NCBI RefSeq assembly: GCF_006345805.1
Contig: NC_043015.1
Coordinates: 8,556,001-8,620,000, forward strand
DNA length: 64,000 bases
DNA from: Octopus sinensis
Lineage: Eukaryota
Direction: 5' to 3'
How positions within the stretch are numbered: the first letter of the stretch is position 1; the number at the start of each line of letters is the position of its first letter. The position numbers were made by a program, and so were the translations under genes. This document shows positions 14,905 through 29,157 of this stretch, in pieces. Below the pieces are notes generated by a model. That model made no database searches and was not told the origin of the DNA. It worked only from the letters and a program-made list of their open reading frames with translations.

Positions 14905-15661
14905 TAGTGCTGTGTTAATATTCTTTCCTCTTTCTAAGCACGGCGTTCCGGAATATGGTCATATTTGTTTCTTTTCGCAGACTTTCAAATGTAAAAATAT
15001 ATTCTGTGTATTATATAGACATACATTTACCCCATACCCAGTCAAGCAATTCCTTACATACATTCTACATTGTGTTACTTCACAAGTGTTGAAAGCAAAG
15101 TTATCAAATATATATATTTATATATCTCTGTGTCATATATATATATATATATATATATGTATTGTGACCTCACGATATATAAACGAAGCAGTTAGCAAAA
15201 ATATCGAAATACGATGAGTTGTCGAGATTTGAATATATTTTTACCAAGATCCTCTCAAAATGTGCTGCATATGAATCTTTTGTCTGTTAGTGTGCGTACC
15301 ACGTCAAACATCTGAAACCCACGCGGTTCTGTCATATGATGTAATATTTTTATTATCTCCATGTAAATGACATGCAGGAAAATTTGGCAGCTATTGCTAA
15401 ATTAGTTTCGTTTCCTACGAGCAGCTGCACATGCTTCTTATTTTCTGAACCTCATTCATAATATGGACAATAAATAATGTGGACAATATTCTCTATGAGT
15501 GATAAAGACGTCTGAAGAAATCCAATATTACTATATTTGCAATACCAAAATATGCTGTGATACTTCTCTGTAAGACATAGGTGAGAGTATATTTTGACAT
15601 TCATATCTATGCTCTCATTTTTTCACCTTCAGATACATTTACGTTTTTCACATATGTATAT

Positions 15662-15710
<49 letters not shown>

Positions 15711-16408
15711 ATACCAGTCTATTTGATACAGCGTAAGGGAGGCTTCTTTATGTAGACCTGAAGATTGTTTTTGTCTTTTAAACAGTGACTCACAAATACT
15801 AATGTCGGCCCTGCTTCTCAAATATTAATGCAATTTTTCCGACTGCTTCTTTCTTTTGATAAGAAACTAAAATAGGATTTCTATTCAGGTAATTGTTAAT
15901 TCGTCTCCATAAATGTAAACAATATGACAAATATTTGGAAAATATTAATTTTTATACAAATGTTCAGATGTTCAGTTGTTTTTCAAGGCGCAGGTTCCTG
16001 TAACAAACGAACAACCTCTAGGCTATGAAAAACATTGTTAAACATAGTTTAATGTTTTCTCCAAGCATTGCAATAACTCGTTCTTTGCCATTGTAATGTG
16101 CTGCACGCGTCTTGATGAGTAAATTGAAGTATTAGAAACACATGTATTGTTTATTACAAAGGAATGCCATTTTAGTGAAGTGCGGTTATATATTGAAAAT
16201 TTACAGATAATAGCTTTTCTATTTAATGTAACTATAGAAACAACAATTTTTCGTAGCAGTGCCAATTCTTCTTGGTACTACATTTATTGAACAAAATTAT
16301 GTTGTAAGAAAATCTTAATTTTAAGTTTTACAAGAATCAAAAAGAAAAAAATATTATTTATCTAGTTTTAGAATACGTTGAGAAATTTGCCTGTCACACA
16401 CATACATA

Positions 16409-16458
<50 letters not shown>

Positions 16459-16462
16459 TATA

Positions 16463-16510
<48 letters not shown>

Positions 16511-16530
16511 TGTAAAGATATATATGTATT

Positions 16531-16698
16531 TCTTTACTGCCCACAAGGGGCTAAACATAGAGGGGACAAACAAGGACAGACAAACGGATTAAGTCGATTA
16601 CATCGACCCCAGTGCGTAACTGGTGCTTTAATTATCGACCCCGAAAGGATGAAAAGTAAAGTCGACCTCAGCGGAATTTGAACTCAGAACGTAAAGAT
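16531..16698 (-). mobile_element. SINE family B (Meta-domain-like, inferred), 5' truncated
   Basis: Motif atcgaccccagtgcgtaactgg...atcgaccccgaaaggatgaaa...ggaatttgaactcagaacg shared by five copies. Confidence 0.85.
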
Positions 16699-17319
16699 AT
16701 ATATGTACACACGTACATACATATACATGCTAAAATATTATATTAGAGCAAATAAGAACATATTTGGAATAAAGTAAACAACGGCTCTTATTTACAAACG
16801 AGTTGTTAAAATTTAAATACTTGCAATATTATATGCAAATACGAAGTGTATTTCCTTCATAAGCTTACTCTACTTGGATTATTCTCCCATATTATGAGAG
16901 TAAACATTGAAAGCCCTATAACTTTTATTAAAATGAGCCCATTCAACTGGATTTCTCTTGCACTAGAGGGGAACCCTCTGTACCAACACTATTTCTACCT
17001 TACCTAATGTTATACCAAGTGGGTAGTTCTATGTTCAACTGAAAAATATCCGCTAAAAAGATAAATTTCGATACTTGTGCAAATCTATCAGGCATCAAAC
17101 GATTTTCATCGAAATACGTAGAACAAAAGAGCTGTTTTTTGTTTTAAATATTGTGACCAGAGTTAATCAAATATTTATATTTTTCAAATTCATAACTTCT
17201 TCCAGGTAACATATTTGTTAATACATACCGCTATGCATCTGAACGCAAAAGTGTATTACTAAGTATAAATTTGTCATAGGAAAAAGTACCTACAAGAACA
17301 CTGGTATATACGCATATAT

Positions 17320-17545
17320 GTTAGTTAGTTAGTTAGTTAATTTGGCTCAAAAGCAAATAGCAAGGCCATGTAGGGGGACATGGAGTTAAGTACAGGGTGG
17401 TGTTCATGTATAGAGTTCAGGCCACTTGAGGTCAAGGGAGGCTTTGAACAATGCGGTCGTCGGCATCTTCACCATCTCGTCTGGCAGCTTGTTCCATGGA
17501 TCCGCAACCCGGACGGAGAAAGCTCCTCTCCTTCGATTGAGATGA
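17320..17545 (-). mobile_element. CR1/L2-group LINE 3' end with (TAAC)n tail
   Basis: Minus frame RRGAFSVRVADPWNKLPDEMVKMPTTALFKASLD matches the CR1 C-terminal FSVRVV..WN.LP...V.......FK..LD; (gtta)n at ~17320-17340. Confidence 0.8.
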
Positions 17546-18044
17546 AATCGTCGCAGATAATATATAAAATCTTATTAAATATGGTTTTGTGGAAAAGGCT
17601 TTGCATTTCATCTAATTATCGAATATCGTCGGCGATAAATAGTAGAACGACAGCTAACAATCTAAATCTTGGAAGACGCTTAAACAATACAAACTTTTGC
17701 GTCATCATTCAAGTTAATACATACCTTTTATATTAAGTAAGTCAATGCCCGATATTCATATACTGACACACACATATGCACACACACACACACACACGCA
17801 CAAACACGCACAAACACGCACATATATAAATATTTATGTATATATACATACATACATACATGCATGTATACTCTCCGTCGAGATATTATATTGAAAGGCT
17901 TCCGAGAAAAATCATGACTCCTCATTGATATGATTTTCCCAATGGGCTTAAATTTATATGTCAAGACATATCAGTAACTGAGAAAGGACAAAGATCTTAA
18001 TGTTGGCGATGTAAGAATTTCATGTAGCATTTTCCTTCTTTTGA

Positions 18045-19846
18045 GTAGCCGTAACACCTTTCTCGAAATTGCTCAATGATGTAGAGTGCGGTTATAAAAA
18101 GTTTGATTATAATATAAATCATCTCATTTGCATGGATGATTTAAAACTCTTTGCAAAATCTGACACACAACTACAAGGCTAGAGTTACGATTGTTAAACA
18201 ATTCAGTGATTACATCAGGATGCAATTCGGCCTAGATAAGTGTGCGAATCCTACCTTTATCAAAGTAAAAATCGCAGAAACGTCTAACGTTAAATTTGAC
18301 TTGCAGAATGTCACAAAAGACTTAGAACCAACGACGGACTACAAATTCCTAAAGGCATTTGAAGGGGACGGAATTAAACATTCAGTGATGAAGGAAAGGA
18401 TCCGTAGAGAATGTTCTCACATGTTTAGATCAATACTCAAAACAGAGCTAATTGCAAGAGACAGGATCGCAACAATTAATGCTTTAGCCATACCAGTCCT
18501 GACTTACAGTTTCATTAGCATAAACTGGTCAGTTACTGAAATAAGTTATATTAACAGAAAAATACGAAAATTGTTGACAATGCATAGAGTGAACCACCCT
18601 GAGGCAGATATAAAACGAATTTATCTGACAAGGAAAGAGGGACTCTGAGGACTTTTACAACTGGAATTAACAATGAAGACTTCCAAATTCGTCCCAGACA
18701 CCTACCAGAAAAACGCTGGGGACTGTATGTTAAATCGTCTCTCAAAACATGAAAACAAGAAAGCAACATACTCAGTAACAAAACAGGCAAAGGAATATAT
18801 AAGTGAATTCCAAGTACAAGAAATTCCAGAATTAGACGTACTAGAAACAAGCACCGAAACGTTTAAGCGCATGAAAACCCGTGCTAAAACTGCTGCCTTA
18901 GATATTCTTACTGATAACTGGCAAAGAAAACCTTTCCATGGCAAATACCCAAAGAGAGCTAGTAATGCCGATATTTACAAAGCCTTTACCCATCAATGGT
19001 TAATGGCTCCTGGCTTAAAATCAGGAACAGAAAGGTTTATCATAGTAGCCAAAGTTCAATGCCTACCTGCAAGAAACTACGAAGCCAACGTATTAAACAA
19101 CGGCAGCTGCCCAACGTATCATTTATGTCAAGAACAAGATGAAACCATTGACCATGTTGTCCCCATGTGCGGCCCTCTTGCGCCTAAAGAGTATCTCAAG
19201 AGGTATGCTAGGGCTGCGCAATGTATTCACTGTGTAATTTGCAAAAACCTGGACTTGTCCCATGATAAAAACTGGTGGAAACACTAACCACCTCCAGTGC
19301 TTGAAAATGATCACATCTCACTCCTCTGGAACATCACCATTCAAACTGACAGAAAGATAGATGCAAATAGGCCAGGCGTTATATTGAAAGTCTTGAAACG
19401 AAAATAATGCCTCCTTATTCATACGACTGTTCCAATCGATATAAATGTATCTGTCAAGATCTACCAAAAACTGAGCAAGTATAAAGATCTTGAAATAGAA
19501 ATTGGCAATATGTGGAACCTGAAGACTAAAACAATACCTGTTGCCATATGTGCCCTAGGAATGAGAGAAAAATGTGCTGATTCTTACATGGCTCAGATAC
19601 CAGGAAACCCCAAAATGGCAGAAATTCAGAAGATTTTGCTCGTGAGAACTATCCATATTGCTGTCTATGTAATCTCAAATTTTAAAACAAATTCATAATT
19701 TTCTTATGTTTTCTTAAACATTCTCTAGAATAACAGTTCATAAAATTAAATTTGAACTTCTAACTTGTTTTCTCTTGAGGTCTCTGGGTGAGATATGGAT
19801 CTAACTTGTGCAAATAGAAAGCAAGAGTCAAACGTATAATAATAAT

Positions 19847-19895
<49 letters not shown>

Positions 19896-19930
19896 TAATA
19901 ATATAATAATAATATAATAATAATAATAAT
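18045..19930 (+). pseudogene. 5'-truncated R4/Dong-clade non-LTR retrotransposon (RT C-terminus, zinc knuckle, REL endonuclease) with (AAT)n tail
   Basis: HLICMDDLKLFAK (YMDD-equivalent motif, MDD at 18132-18140); CQEQDETIDHVVPMC knuckle; VLENDHISLLWNITIQTDRKIDANRP; KLSKYKDLEIEIGNMWNLKTKTIPVAICALG; several stops and frameshifts. Confidence 0.9.
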
Positions 19931-19934
19931 ATAT

Positions 19935-20147
19935 TTTTTTACTACCCACAAGGGCCTAAACACAGAGGGGACAAACAAGGACGGACAAACGGATTAAATC
20001 GATTACATCGACCCCAATGCGTAACTGGTACTTAATTTATCGACCGCGAAAGGATGAAAGGCAAAGTCCAACCCGGCGGGGTTTGAACTCAGAACGTAAA
20101 ATCAGACGAAATACGGCTACGCATTTCACCCAGCGTGCTAACGTTTC
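19935..20147 (-). mobile_element. SINE family B
   Basis: Matches 16531-16698 and 38585-38812. Confidence 0.85.
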
Positions 20148-20399
20148 TAACAATAATAATGATAATAATAAGGATACATCTCACTGGGATCCTTATTGCT
20201 AACTATATTATAGACAACGAGTTGATCATACCATAATATACATACCTTCAAGTTAAGTTTATTACGCGGATTAGAGATGCAGAAAAATCTTGTGACAAGG
20301 GATGTAGTAAATCCTCAGATTAAAGTATATTATTGTGCAGGTAATATATGCAGCAATTGCCGAGATTATGCAGGGTGTTTGTAGAACTAATGAATAGGG

Positions 20400-21260
20400 C
20401 TACAATCATGTTGTGGTATCAATAGAAATGGGACAATTTTACTTGCATTGCAAAGAATAATGCTTTCCCAATTTGTTGTGGTCTGTTAATTCTGGAAAAA
20501 TTAGATTAAGGAAGATGGTTTATTAGTGCTTCTTAATTAGTAGATCTATTGAAAGGAAATCAATTTTTCTAAATATGCCAATAGCAGGATCTCCTTTTCA
20601 GGTGATAATAACATAAAAAAGTCTCATTGGAAAATTTGAATTGCATTACGAAAAACGTGATTAAAGGTAGAACAATCAATAAGAGAAACTTGAAATTTGA
20701 AGAGAAGTCTCCATCCAAAGGTAAAACAAGCAATAACACGGAGATACTGGCTGACAAGCAGCATTATATTACTGAACATAAAGTTACCAAAGGAGAAAAT
20801 TGAATGATTTTTGGTAGCACAAGAACAACTCTCACTGTCAGTTGCTTGAAGAGCTCGATTGAATCATATAATTTCACTGCTACATGCAGAATATGTAATG
20901 ATTCACATGAGACTGCATTGCATATTTTATGAGAATGTCAACAGTTTTGTGGTGTGCATGGAACAAACGTAGGCGTCATAGATTGATGCGTCTATATATC
21001 GAACTTTTCGCAAGAAATTTGGTTTGGCATGCAGAGAAACTATCTATGAATATGTTGTGGGAATATAAAAAGTAAGACCTCGAAAAACGATTGGATGTCG
21101 TAGATCTGGATTTTTCCTATAAAATATAAATACAGAAAAGAGCAAACCGAAGCGGATATTCTTGTTGTCAATAAGAAGAGGTCACTGCATACAGCGCTGG
21201 ACAAGTGAAGCACTCTTAACACCAGAGCAAAAATAAAAATAAAATGTAATAGACAAAGGT
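20400..21260 (+). pseudogene. Older, highly degenerate R4/Dong fragment (knuckle and REL N-part)
   Basis: CRICNDSHETALHIL*EC knuckle; LENDWMS*IWIFPI...ADILVVNKK. Confidence 0.6.
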
Positions 21261-22230
21261 GAGGAAGACTCAATTACATCATTGTATGTGAAGCAAAAAT
21301 ATTCCGTCCATTGGGCTGCTTCTAGGTGTTTTCATAAGAAAATTGTGTAAAATATGTTCATAATTTCGAATTTCTGTTCCTAATGACATCACAACTCTCT
21401 GTGATGCAAAAGTCAGGTAATGCGGAAAAAAATTGTGTTTGCTGCTTTTCTTATTGGTGTTACTTTGCACGTCTTTCATGTTTCTATCGCACATTTTGTT
21501 GTAGTCGCTACTCTTATCATAACTGTTCATAATGGCGTTATCACTAATTAAAAGCTGACATATGCTGTCACTTTCAATTGCTATTTAAGGCAGAATATAT
21601 TTAAGAAATCAATGCTTCCAAAATTATGTCATCTCTGACCTTTCCTGATGACCATCTGTATATTGTAAACAAATTGGGATCTTTCCGAAATCAAAAATCT
21701 TATCTCTTGTCTCAGATTGACGTGAAATAGTTTTCTTTGTAACACTATGTTTCAGGCGTTCCTTACAAAACTTTCCACACTTATCAAAAATGTAGTTCGG
21801 AATGAATATTTCCAAGATGTATTCTAATTCCTCTATACCACAAAAACAAAATTGTATCCGCTTGATTCATCACTCATAAGTGGTACGAAGGATGTATGTG
21901 TATCAAGGTATCTGAGCAAGCATTCACTTGCATACAGATGATTTTGCTGGAACTCTTGATGCTGTCAATGTCAACCCAGATGCTTTTTAGATACAACTCC
22001 TCCAGATGTAGTATGCCCGTCCCGTTTTGCCTCTGAAAATATATGCCTACATGTGTTTTCTATACGCCTGCGTCTAGCAGACGTTGTTTTACCATGGCAT
22101 GCTATTTTGCTTTAATTAATTATTGATATATTTATCCGAGGAAACTGAACCGAATTTTTTGCAACCACTGCAAACATTGCCCATCAATTGGATATGTTGC
22201 ATTTTATTTTCTATTTTTTTGTTGTTAGTT

Positions 22231-22300
22231 TGCTACTGATACTTTTGTTTGCCTACTGATTCTTATGTTTGCCTACTGATACTTATGTTTGCCTACTGCT
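22231..22300. repeat. 20-bp minisatellite, ~3.5 copies
   Basis: Unit gcctactgatacttatgttt. Confidence 0.85.
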
Positions 22301-22899
22301 AAACGTAACATTGTTTTGCTACATGATGAAATGTGATGATGGTGAATATAGATTCATCTTCTAAATTCCTTTCGACATTCATGCGTGTTGGTAAGGAGGA
22401 AAGGATGATAGTGTGGAAAGCCATTTTGAGTGTTTCGAATTTGTTACTTGAAGCTCATACTTTGTGGAATGAGCGAGGAATTGGAATGACCATTTCTCTT
22501 ACATTCTTAGACAGTTTTCCTAAAATATGAATCAGAAAATAAAATGAATGGAAGAGGCTACGAAAGAAAAACAAGAGAACAACTACAGCAAAAATAGCGT
22601 TAATAAAAACAACATTGAAAATAATGGCATCTTATCATGGCAAAAAAACCCAGTAAATTTGAGGCGAGTGGATACTCGATATATCAGATCAAGGTACTTA
22701 TCCGTTATTTTCATTTATCGCATACGAAATTGGGTGATATTTGATGTCAGTCTGTAAGAAGCAGTAAGAAGCAACAATATACATAATTTTCTGTATTATA
22801 TTGGTGCATGACATGATTATCTTTCCTGGTTGAATGAAACAGAAATCACCTCCGGCGTAATTTGAATATAAGAGTTATATAAAGATACAACTGCAATCA

Positions 22900-23290
22900 T
22901 AACAGAAACCGCTTAAGTACGAAATAACTCGGCTATGGTAAATGAAGGTGAAGATAGGGCCAATCATTTTTTGGGCCCTGGGTACATTTAGAAGGTATCA
23001 AGAAGAGTATAATGGAAACCGAAAAGAGTACCCAGTAGAAATATTACAGGTGTTTTGCCTCTTTGGCACGGCCAGAATTATCAGGAGAGTCATAGATAGT
23101 TTAAAAGAACAAATGGCATTGATATGAATACGAGACTCCGGGAATTACAGCAATAAGACAAAAATAATTAATCACGGGGATAAAGACGGTCAAATTGCTG
23201 TTAAGCATTTTCCCTGTGCGGAAGAGATTCTGCCAGATCGCAGAATTCATAACAACAGCAACAAAAACAACAACAATAATAATAATAGCT
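22900..23290 (+). pseudogene. R4/Dong C-terminal fragment with AAC/AAT tail
   Basis: KVKIGPIIFWALGT...EILQVFCLFGTARIIRRVID matches the R4 terminal V.VIPVVIGALG...LQK..LLGTARI+R.V. Confidence 0.7.
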
Positions 23291-23307
23291 TCATATTTTT
23301 GCACAAG

Positions 23308-23470
23308 GTCAGCAATTTGTGGGAAGGAGTAATTCGATTACGTCGACTGCAGTGTTAAACTGGTGCCTGTTTTATCAACTCAGAAAGGGTGAAAGGCGAA
23401 GTCGGCATTCGCGGAATTTGAACTCAGAACATAGAGAGCAACGAAATTGCTCTAAACGTTTTCTCTGGTG
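23308..23470 (-). mobile_element. SINE family B, degenerate
   Basis: Shared cgactgcagtg..aactgg...gaaagg..gaa...ggaatttgaactcagaac. Confidence 0.7.
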
Positions 23471-23932
23471 TGATAACGACGAAGCCTTATTAATAATGAT
23501 AATAATAACTCCAGTACAACTGATATTTTTTTCCCTTTCAAAGTCCCTACTGTATACATTAGTTCACTTTCCATTGTTGACATTATTTCATTTGCACAAA
23601 CACGTAACGTAAGATCCTGCTACAATTGAAGTATTAATTACCTATTTTGCTTCACTAGACTTTCCAATGTATTGTGTGGTTTACCAGAGAATTGTTATAT
23701 AATAGATTAGATGTTGTTGAAGCGCGTCTATAGATCTATGGCTATGGTATTATTAGTACAATGTTGATTCGCCTGGATCGCAGCCAAGCAGTGCTATTAG
23801 GATTCAATTATTTTCAAACAATGCGACGTTAGATGGGGTTAAATGGATAAAGGTAAGCGGAGGGATAGGGGCCATGAAGGACAACTCAAATGTCTGAGAT
23901 TTCATAAATACCAACGCACTTACATACACTTA

Positions 23933-23982
<50 letters not shown>

Positions 23983-24129
23983 TGTGTGTTTGAGGTGTGT
24001 GTGTGTATACAAAAAGAGAGACAGACAGACAGAGACAGAGAAACAGAAAGAGATGTATATAATTTCATATACATATATATATATATATATTTGCATATGC
24101 ATGTATATATATGTATTTATATATATATA

Positions 24130-24610
24130 CATATATAAACAAGGTGCCTAAGGTATGTGGGGGGCATTGCTACATTTTTTCATAACTCTGTATATCATTT
24201 GTTTCAAAAACTCTTATTGTCAGACCATCAGCTTATTCAAGAATGAAACAGGCATGCTCTTATTGTGGTTATAAAAGGCTGAATATAGCGATTTAGAAAT
24301 ATCTCGATCTTTATATATATATCTCGTTTGCAAAGGTTGCAAGGGGCTAGGGATTGAAGATGGAAACATTACACCAGTATCAAAGCAGAAAAAAAAACAA
24401 AACATTATGACCGTTCTGAATTCATCAGAACAACTGAATTTATCAGAGAGTCCTCGATGTCAATTGCAAAATATCTCCATGTGTCAGAAGGAACAGTCCT
24501 CGAAGACATCTGATGTAAGTCTTATTTCGATGACGATGGGTCAGTTTGTGTGAAAAAGCAAAAGGAAATCACTACATCGGATCTAAAACATACTGAAAAT
24601 CGAGGAAACG
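24130..24610 (+). mobile_element. Tc1/mariner-superfamily transposase N-terminal (HTH) remnant
   Basis: SIAKYLHVSEGTV..EDI..KSY...GQF pattern; many indels. Confidence 0.55.
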
Positions 24611-24699
24611 TTTCCACTTTATAATGATGTATCTCTTGCAATCCTGATTAATAGTGCTCTCTATTTCCTCATAAGGCTCTTTGTCCAAGTATCCCATGT

Positions 24700-25700
24700 C
24701 TATGTTAGCATATGATGGTGAAAACCGCATCCACATAGCCGTGCCCTTTTATCTGTTTATGTGTTTTTTTTAGCGAAGTTAAAGCTGTTTTCTTCTAGTA
24801 CATTTTGTGTGGCTTTGGTGATGAAATCAGTTTTGAAGCGTTCATTTATCTGTCCACTGTGTTACTCTACCTACAGTTTGACTACTTCTAGGCCCAAAGT
24901 GTCTGGTATATTGTTATAATAATTGGTAACATCAAAGTTTGTAAGTGTTTGAAAATACTGTGACAGTAAGTGGAGGAAATTTATGCCATCCCATATAAAT
25001 CCGGGTATGAAAGGGCTTAAATAGTTTAGTAGTATGTCCAAGAAATGACTCAGTTGTTGTGTTGGTGTTTTAAGTCCTGTAACTATTGGTCTCAGTGTTA
25101 AGTAAGTAGGACTTAGTATTTTTATGTATTGATCCCTCTTCACGATGCTGGCTCACTCTTTTTCGGGGCTTCTGTGGATTTTCGGTAATGCGTACATTAC
25201 ACTTTTGCATAAATATATTTTCTCCTTCTCTGTGAAGGAATATTGGTATTCATTAATTAGCACTTTTATTTTATTCATTATTGCTTTTCCCGGTTGTCTT
25301 GGTTCTTCATTCCAGTATGTTTAGTCTGTTAGAAGTTCCAAGTATTTTATCTTTATAGTAGTCTTTGCCCATCATTACTATAGTCCCTCCCTGATCGGCT
25401 GCTTTTAGTATGATTGAATCGTCATTTTTCAGTGTTAGGAAGGCTTCCTTTTTCCCCTTCGTTTGCAGTTACATGTACGGAAGCGAAATTTCGAAATTGT
25501 GCCTCTATATGCATCTAAAGGTTTTTTTTTTTTATATTTCTTGCGGGTGAAGTAGGATTTATTTTTGAAAATCCTTCATTTTACAGCCTTATTTTCGAAG
25601 ATTTCTGTAATGCTCTTTCCTTCCTAAACTTATTCAAAATTCTGACTTCTTCCTGCTTCTTAATACACAATATCTGTACACAGCTTCAAACAATCTATAT
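24700..25700 (-). pseudogene. Penelope-like element RT fragment
   Basis: LKNDDSIILKAADQGGTIVMM; YALPKIHR; LRPIVTGLKTPTQQLSHFLDILL; FDVTNYYNNIP (RT motif A). Confidence 0.85.
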
Positions 25701-25785
25701 ATAGATACATACATACTCACAAACACATATATCTATGTATGCATGTATGTATGTATGTATCTATCTATCTATTTATATACATACA

Positions 25786-25844
<59 letters not shown>

Positions 25845-26162
25845 CCCTCAAGGTTTTTACCTCCAGAGAAGTACGGAGGAACCGCCATATCCTCTGGAAA
25901 ATTATGAATTGTGAACTTTTATTACCCTGCCTGCATCTTTATATCTTCTTTTAACTTTATGTTTCTATCACTTCCTTCCCTGTCTAGAACTAACATATTA
26001 CTCATTTTGTCTATCGTGAGAGAATAGCCAGTATTCAGACAAGCTAGCCTATCAATTGGGATATCCTAGAAACAGCTGTAAACTTCAAATTAACCTTACA
26101 CTAATTATAAATGATCTGATATACGCTTCCTGTCTTGGTTGTCGTGATGTCCTTTTTCTCTA

Positions 26163-26213
<51 letters not shown>

Positions 26214-26236
26214 GCGTCTAAACGTTTCTTATTTCT

Positions 26237-26270
<34 letters not shown>

Positions 26271-27028
26271 TAGGTAGATAAAAAGAATATAGATATGTAT
26301 GTATATAAGTATAGTGTTCTGGGTATGATTTTATAGAGCATCGAATAGTTGGGCACTGGTACTGATATTTGCGAAGTTTAAGGATTCTCTAACACTTTTT
26401 AGCCGCACCCTTTCCAGACTCTCAACGGTGTCTGAATAGTAGGTTCTGTCACAGTCCCAGCTATGGCTGAACTCGCAGAACGACCTTCTAGAAGAATGTA
26501 AACTCATGTAAGTAAACGTGAAGCGTAGTGTTTTTTTCTGGTTGACTCAACTCTTGTTTAGCCACTAGTGTTATAGATTTTTGATGTGAAAACTGCATTC
26601 AGAGGCGTGCAATCCTTTGTCCATACCAAAAATGCTCCCGCACTCGACGTTTTGAACCTTCTGAATGTTTACACGGATATATAACGTTGGATATGTTAGC
26701 ACACTCAGTGACACTTCTGCGCCCATCATATATACATGTACACACACAATAACACGCAGACACACACGCACACACACACAAGCTCAGATGCACACACATA
26801 TATACATATGTACTTATGTAGGAGTTATAGAAACGTGGCGGATTTAACTATCTCACCATAGATTACTAAAAACATTGAACTGCTTTCATCGATTTTTAGC
26901 CATTAATGGATTCTTATCAAAAGGGTCTACAACACTAGAACATTCCCTGAGAAACATGTAGTCAATCTCTTTATATATGCAATAAATCCAGTACCTATAA
27001 TTGTATGTGCGTTTCTATGTATGTCTGA

Positions 27029-27059
<31 letters not shown>

Positions 27060-27763
27060 GGAGTAGATGTATTTGTATATGGACGTAGTAATAAAGAGAG
27101 ATACTTCAAACATTAGGTGGAGTTTGGTAGAGAGACATACATTGAAAGAAAACCGTGGAAGAGGTGACGTTATCAGAGATGTGTGTATATTCTAAAATAT
27201 CTAGATAGCTGGATATACGTTAGTTGACAAATAGAGTTAGCAAATTATCGACAGGTCAGAAAGTATAGTATGAATAGCGTTTCATTGAGAAAGATTGCAA
27301 TGGAGTCGTAGAATGTATGTGGTGAGCGTAATATGTGATATATAAGCGACTAATTGCCAAAAGATGAAAGAAAATATTCCGAAAATTGTTGGATTCGACG
27401 AAGGGATGGAAATGCATGTATCCGTTAATGAATGAAATTTGTTGTTGAAGATAGTGAGGAATGGTGGAATAAATGTAAATACACAGACACACACATGCAC
27501 ATGCATATATATATATATATATATATATATCTATATATATATATATATATATATAAACACATTCAGACACGCACACAGACCCACAGACACACAGATAAAC
27601 AGGCATGAAGGTACGCACACATATACATATATGTAGTTAGGGATACAAAGAGCAAGTAAAACAGGTTTGTAAAAAAAGAAAGGCAAGTAAAACAGGTTTG
27701 TATATTAGTATATGTAGAGATATATACGGGTACTACAAATTATATATATATGTATATATGTAT

Positions 27764-27881
<118 letters not shown>

Positions 27882-29114
27882 ATATATAATATACATATAT
27901 GTGTCGGTAATAAAATTTCTCTGTCTGTAGGACAGTGTTTGGACACTGTTTGGATGATAATTAATTTATGATTTCTTTCATATGTGTTTGCAACACTGAT
28001 GTATATATGTGTATTCATATCCTATGAAGTCATTATGTTTGTAGACGTCTCAATTATTTTCTCGTTAGTATTGATAATTTATGTTCTTTGGCAAAATGAA
28101 GATATCGCTGTACTTGTTACGTATGACTACAATAAATCGATATCGCTTCGTATATTTGTTTTCTTTGAGTATACACAAGATCTTATGATGTTAATCGAGA
28201 ACATTTACACGGTTTCGACTTTCATGTGTTTCCTTAATTCATTACAGCCTTGAGAGACATGAAATGGATTTAGACTCACAACATTTCTTATATTCCATAG
28301 GCGCTAAATTATTTTTGTATCTGCGTTTGGCGAAGTTATTTAAACATGTTGGGTACGACACTTTGAGGCATTTTTTCTTTTAATTTTAATTAGTGTCATA
28401 ATCATTCCGTTAAGATTCCAAGTCAAATACACCAGGATCTCGGAAGAATTCGTCAGTTTGCACTCTGTTGTTTATACTAGAAATATTTCTGTGTTTTGAG
28501 GCTAGAACATTCGTTAATTAATTATTGTTTTTAATTTCTCCAGCAAAAAATGTCATCGTTTTGAAACTTTCCACAACGCCATTTTCAAGCGTCCTGTAAA
28601 TATTCCAGAACTGCCGCATGATATAATGCAACAGTGGAAACTATATGATACACATGCATAGATGAATGCACTTTGTTTTGGTGTTAGTGTAATATGATTA
28701 GGTATAAGAATGCCGAAATGTATGCGTACTTGGTAAACGACATTTGGTTTCATGGTCCAAAATATCAGTTATTCCAAAAATTGCATTACATGTTTGCGGT
28801 GATATAGAGGTCAATTATTACCAAAGTATTATGTTTAAATAAACAAATGAATTTTTAATAATTTTTGATGCTCTAATATTAGTTAGGTAAATCCCCAACT
28901 GAATACACGCTCAGTATAGATAAACAGCCATCATAGGAACACAGTAAGAGATATGAATTTCATTTGAAAGGCCGCGAAAACAGCTTAGAAATTTGGGATA
29001 ATTATACTTAGAAGACGGCAAAAATTTGCAGTTAAACAGCTGCAACCAATAGGACCCTGTACATCCGTGATCACGCCTGAGCACACACACACACACTCTC
29101 TCTCTCTCTCTATG

Positions 29115-29150
<36 letters not shown>

Positions 29151-29157
29151 ATATATA

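Noticed and set aside
15786-15888. Good acceptor and donor pair on the + strand
   Set aside because: Stops in all three frames; non-coding or a pseudo-exon.
21600-22050. Possible piggyBac transposase remnant (CYKENYFTSI resembles DNxFTS) on the minus strand
   Set aside because: Only a few residues match amid many stops; insufficient without a profile search.
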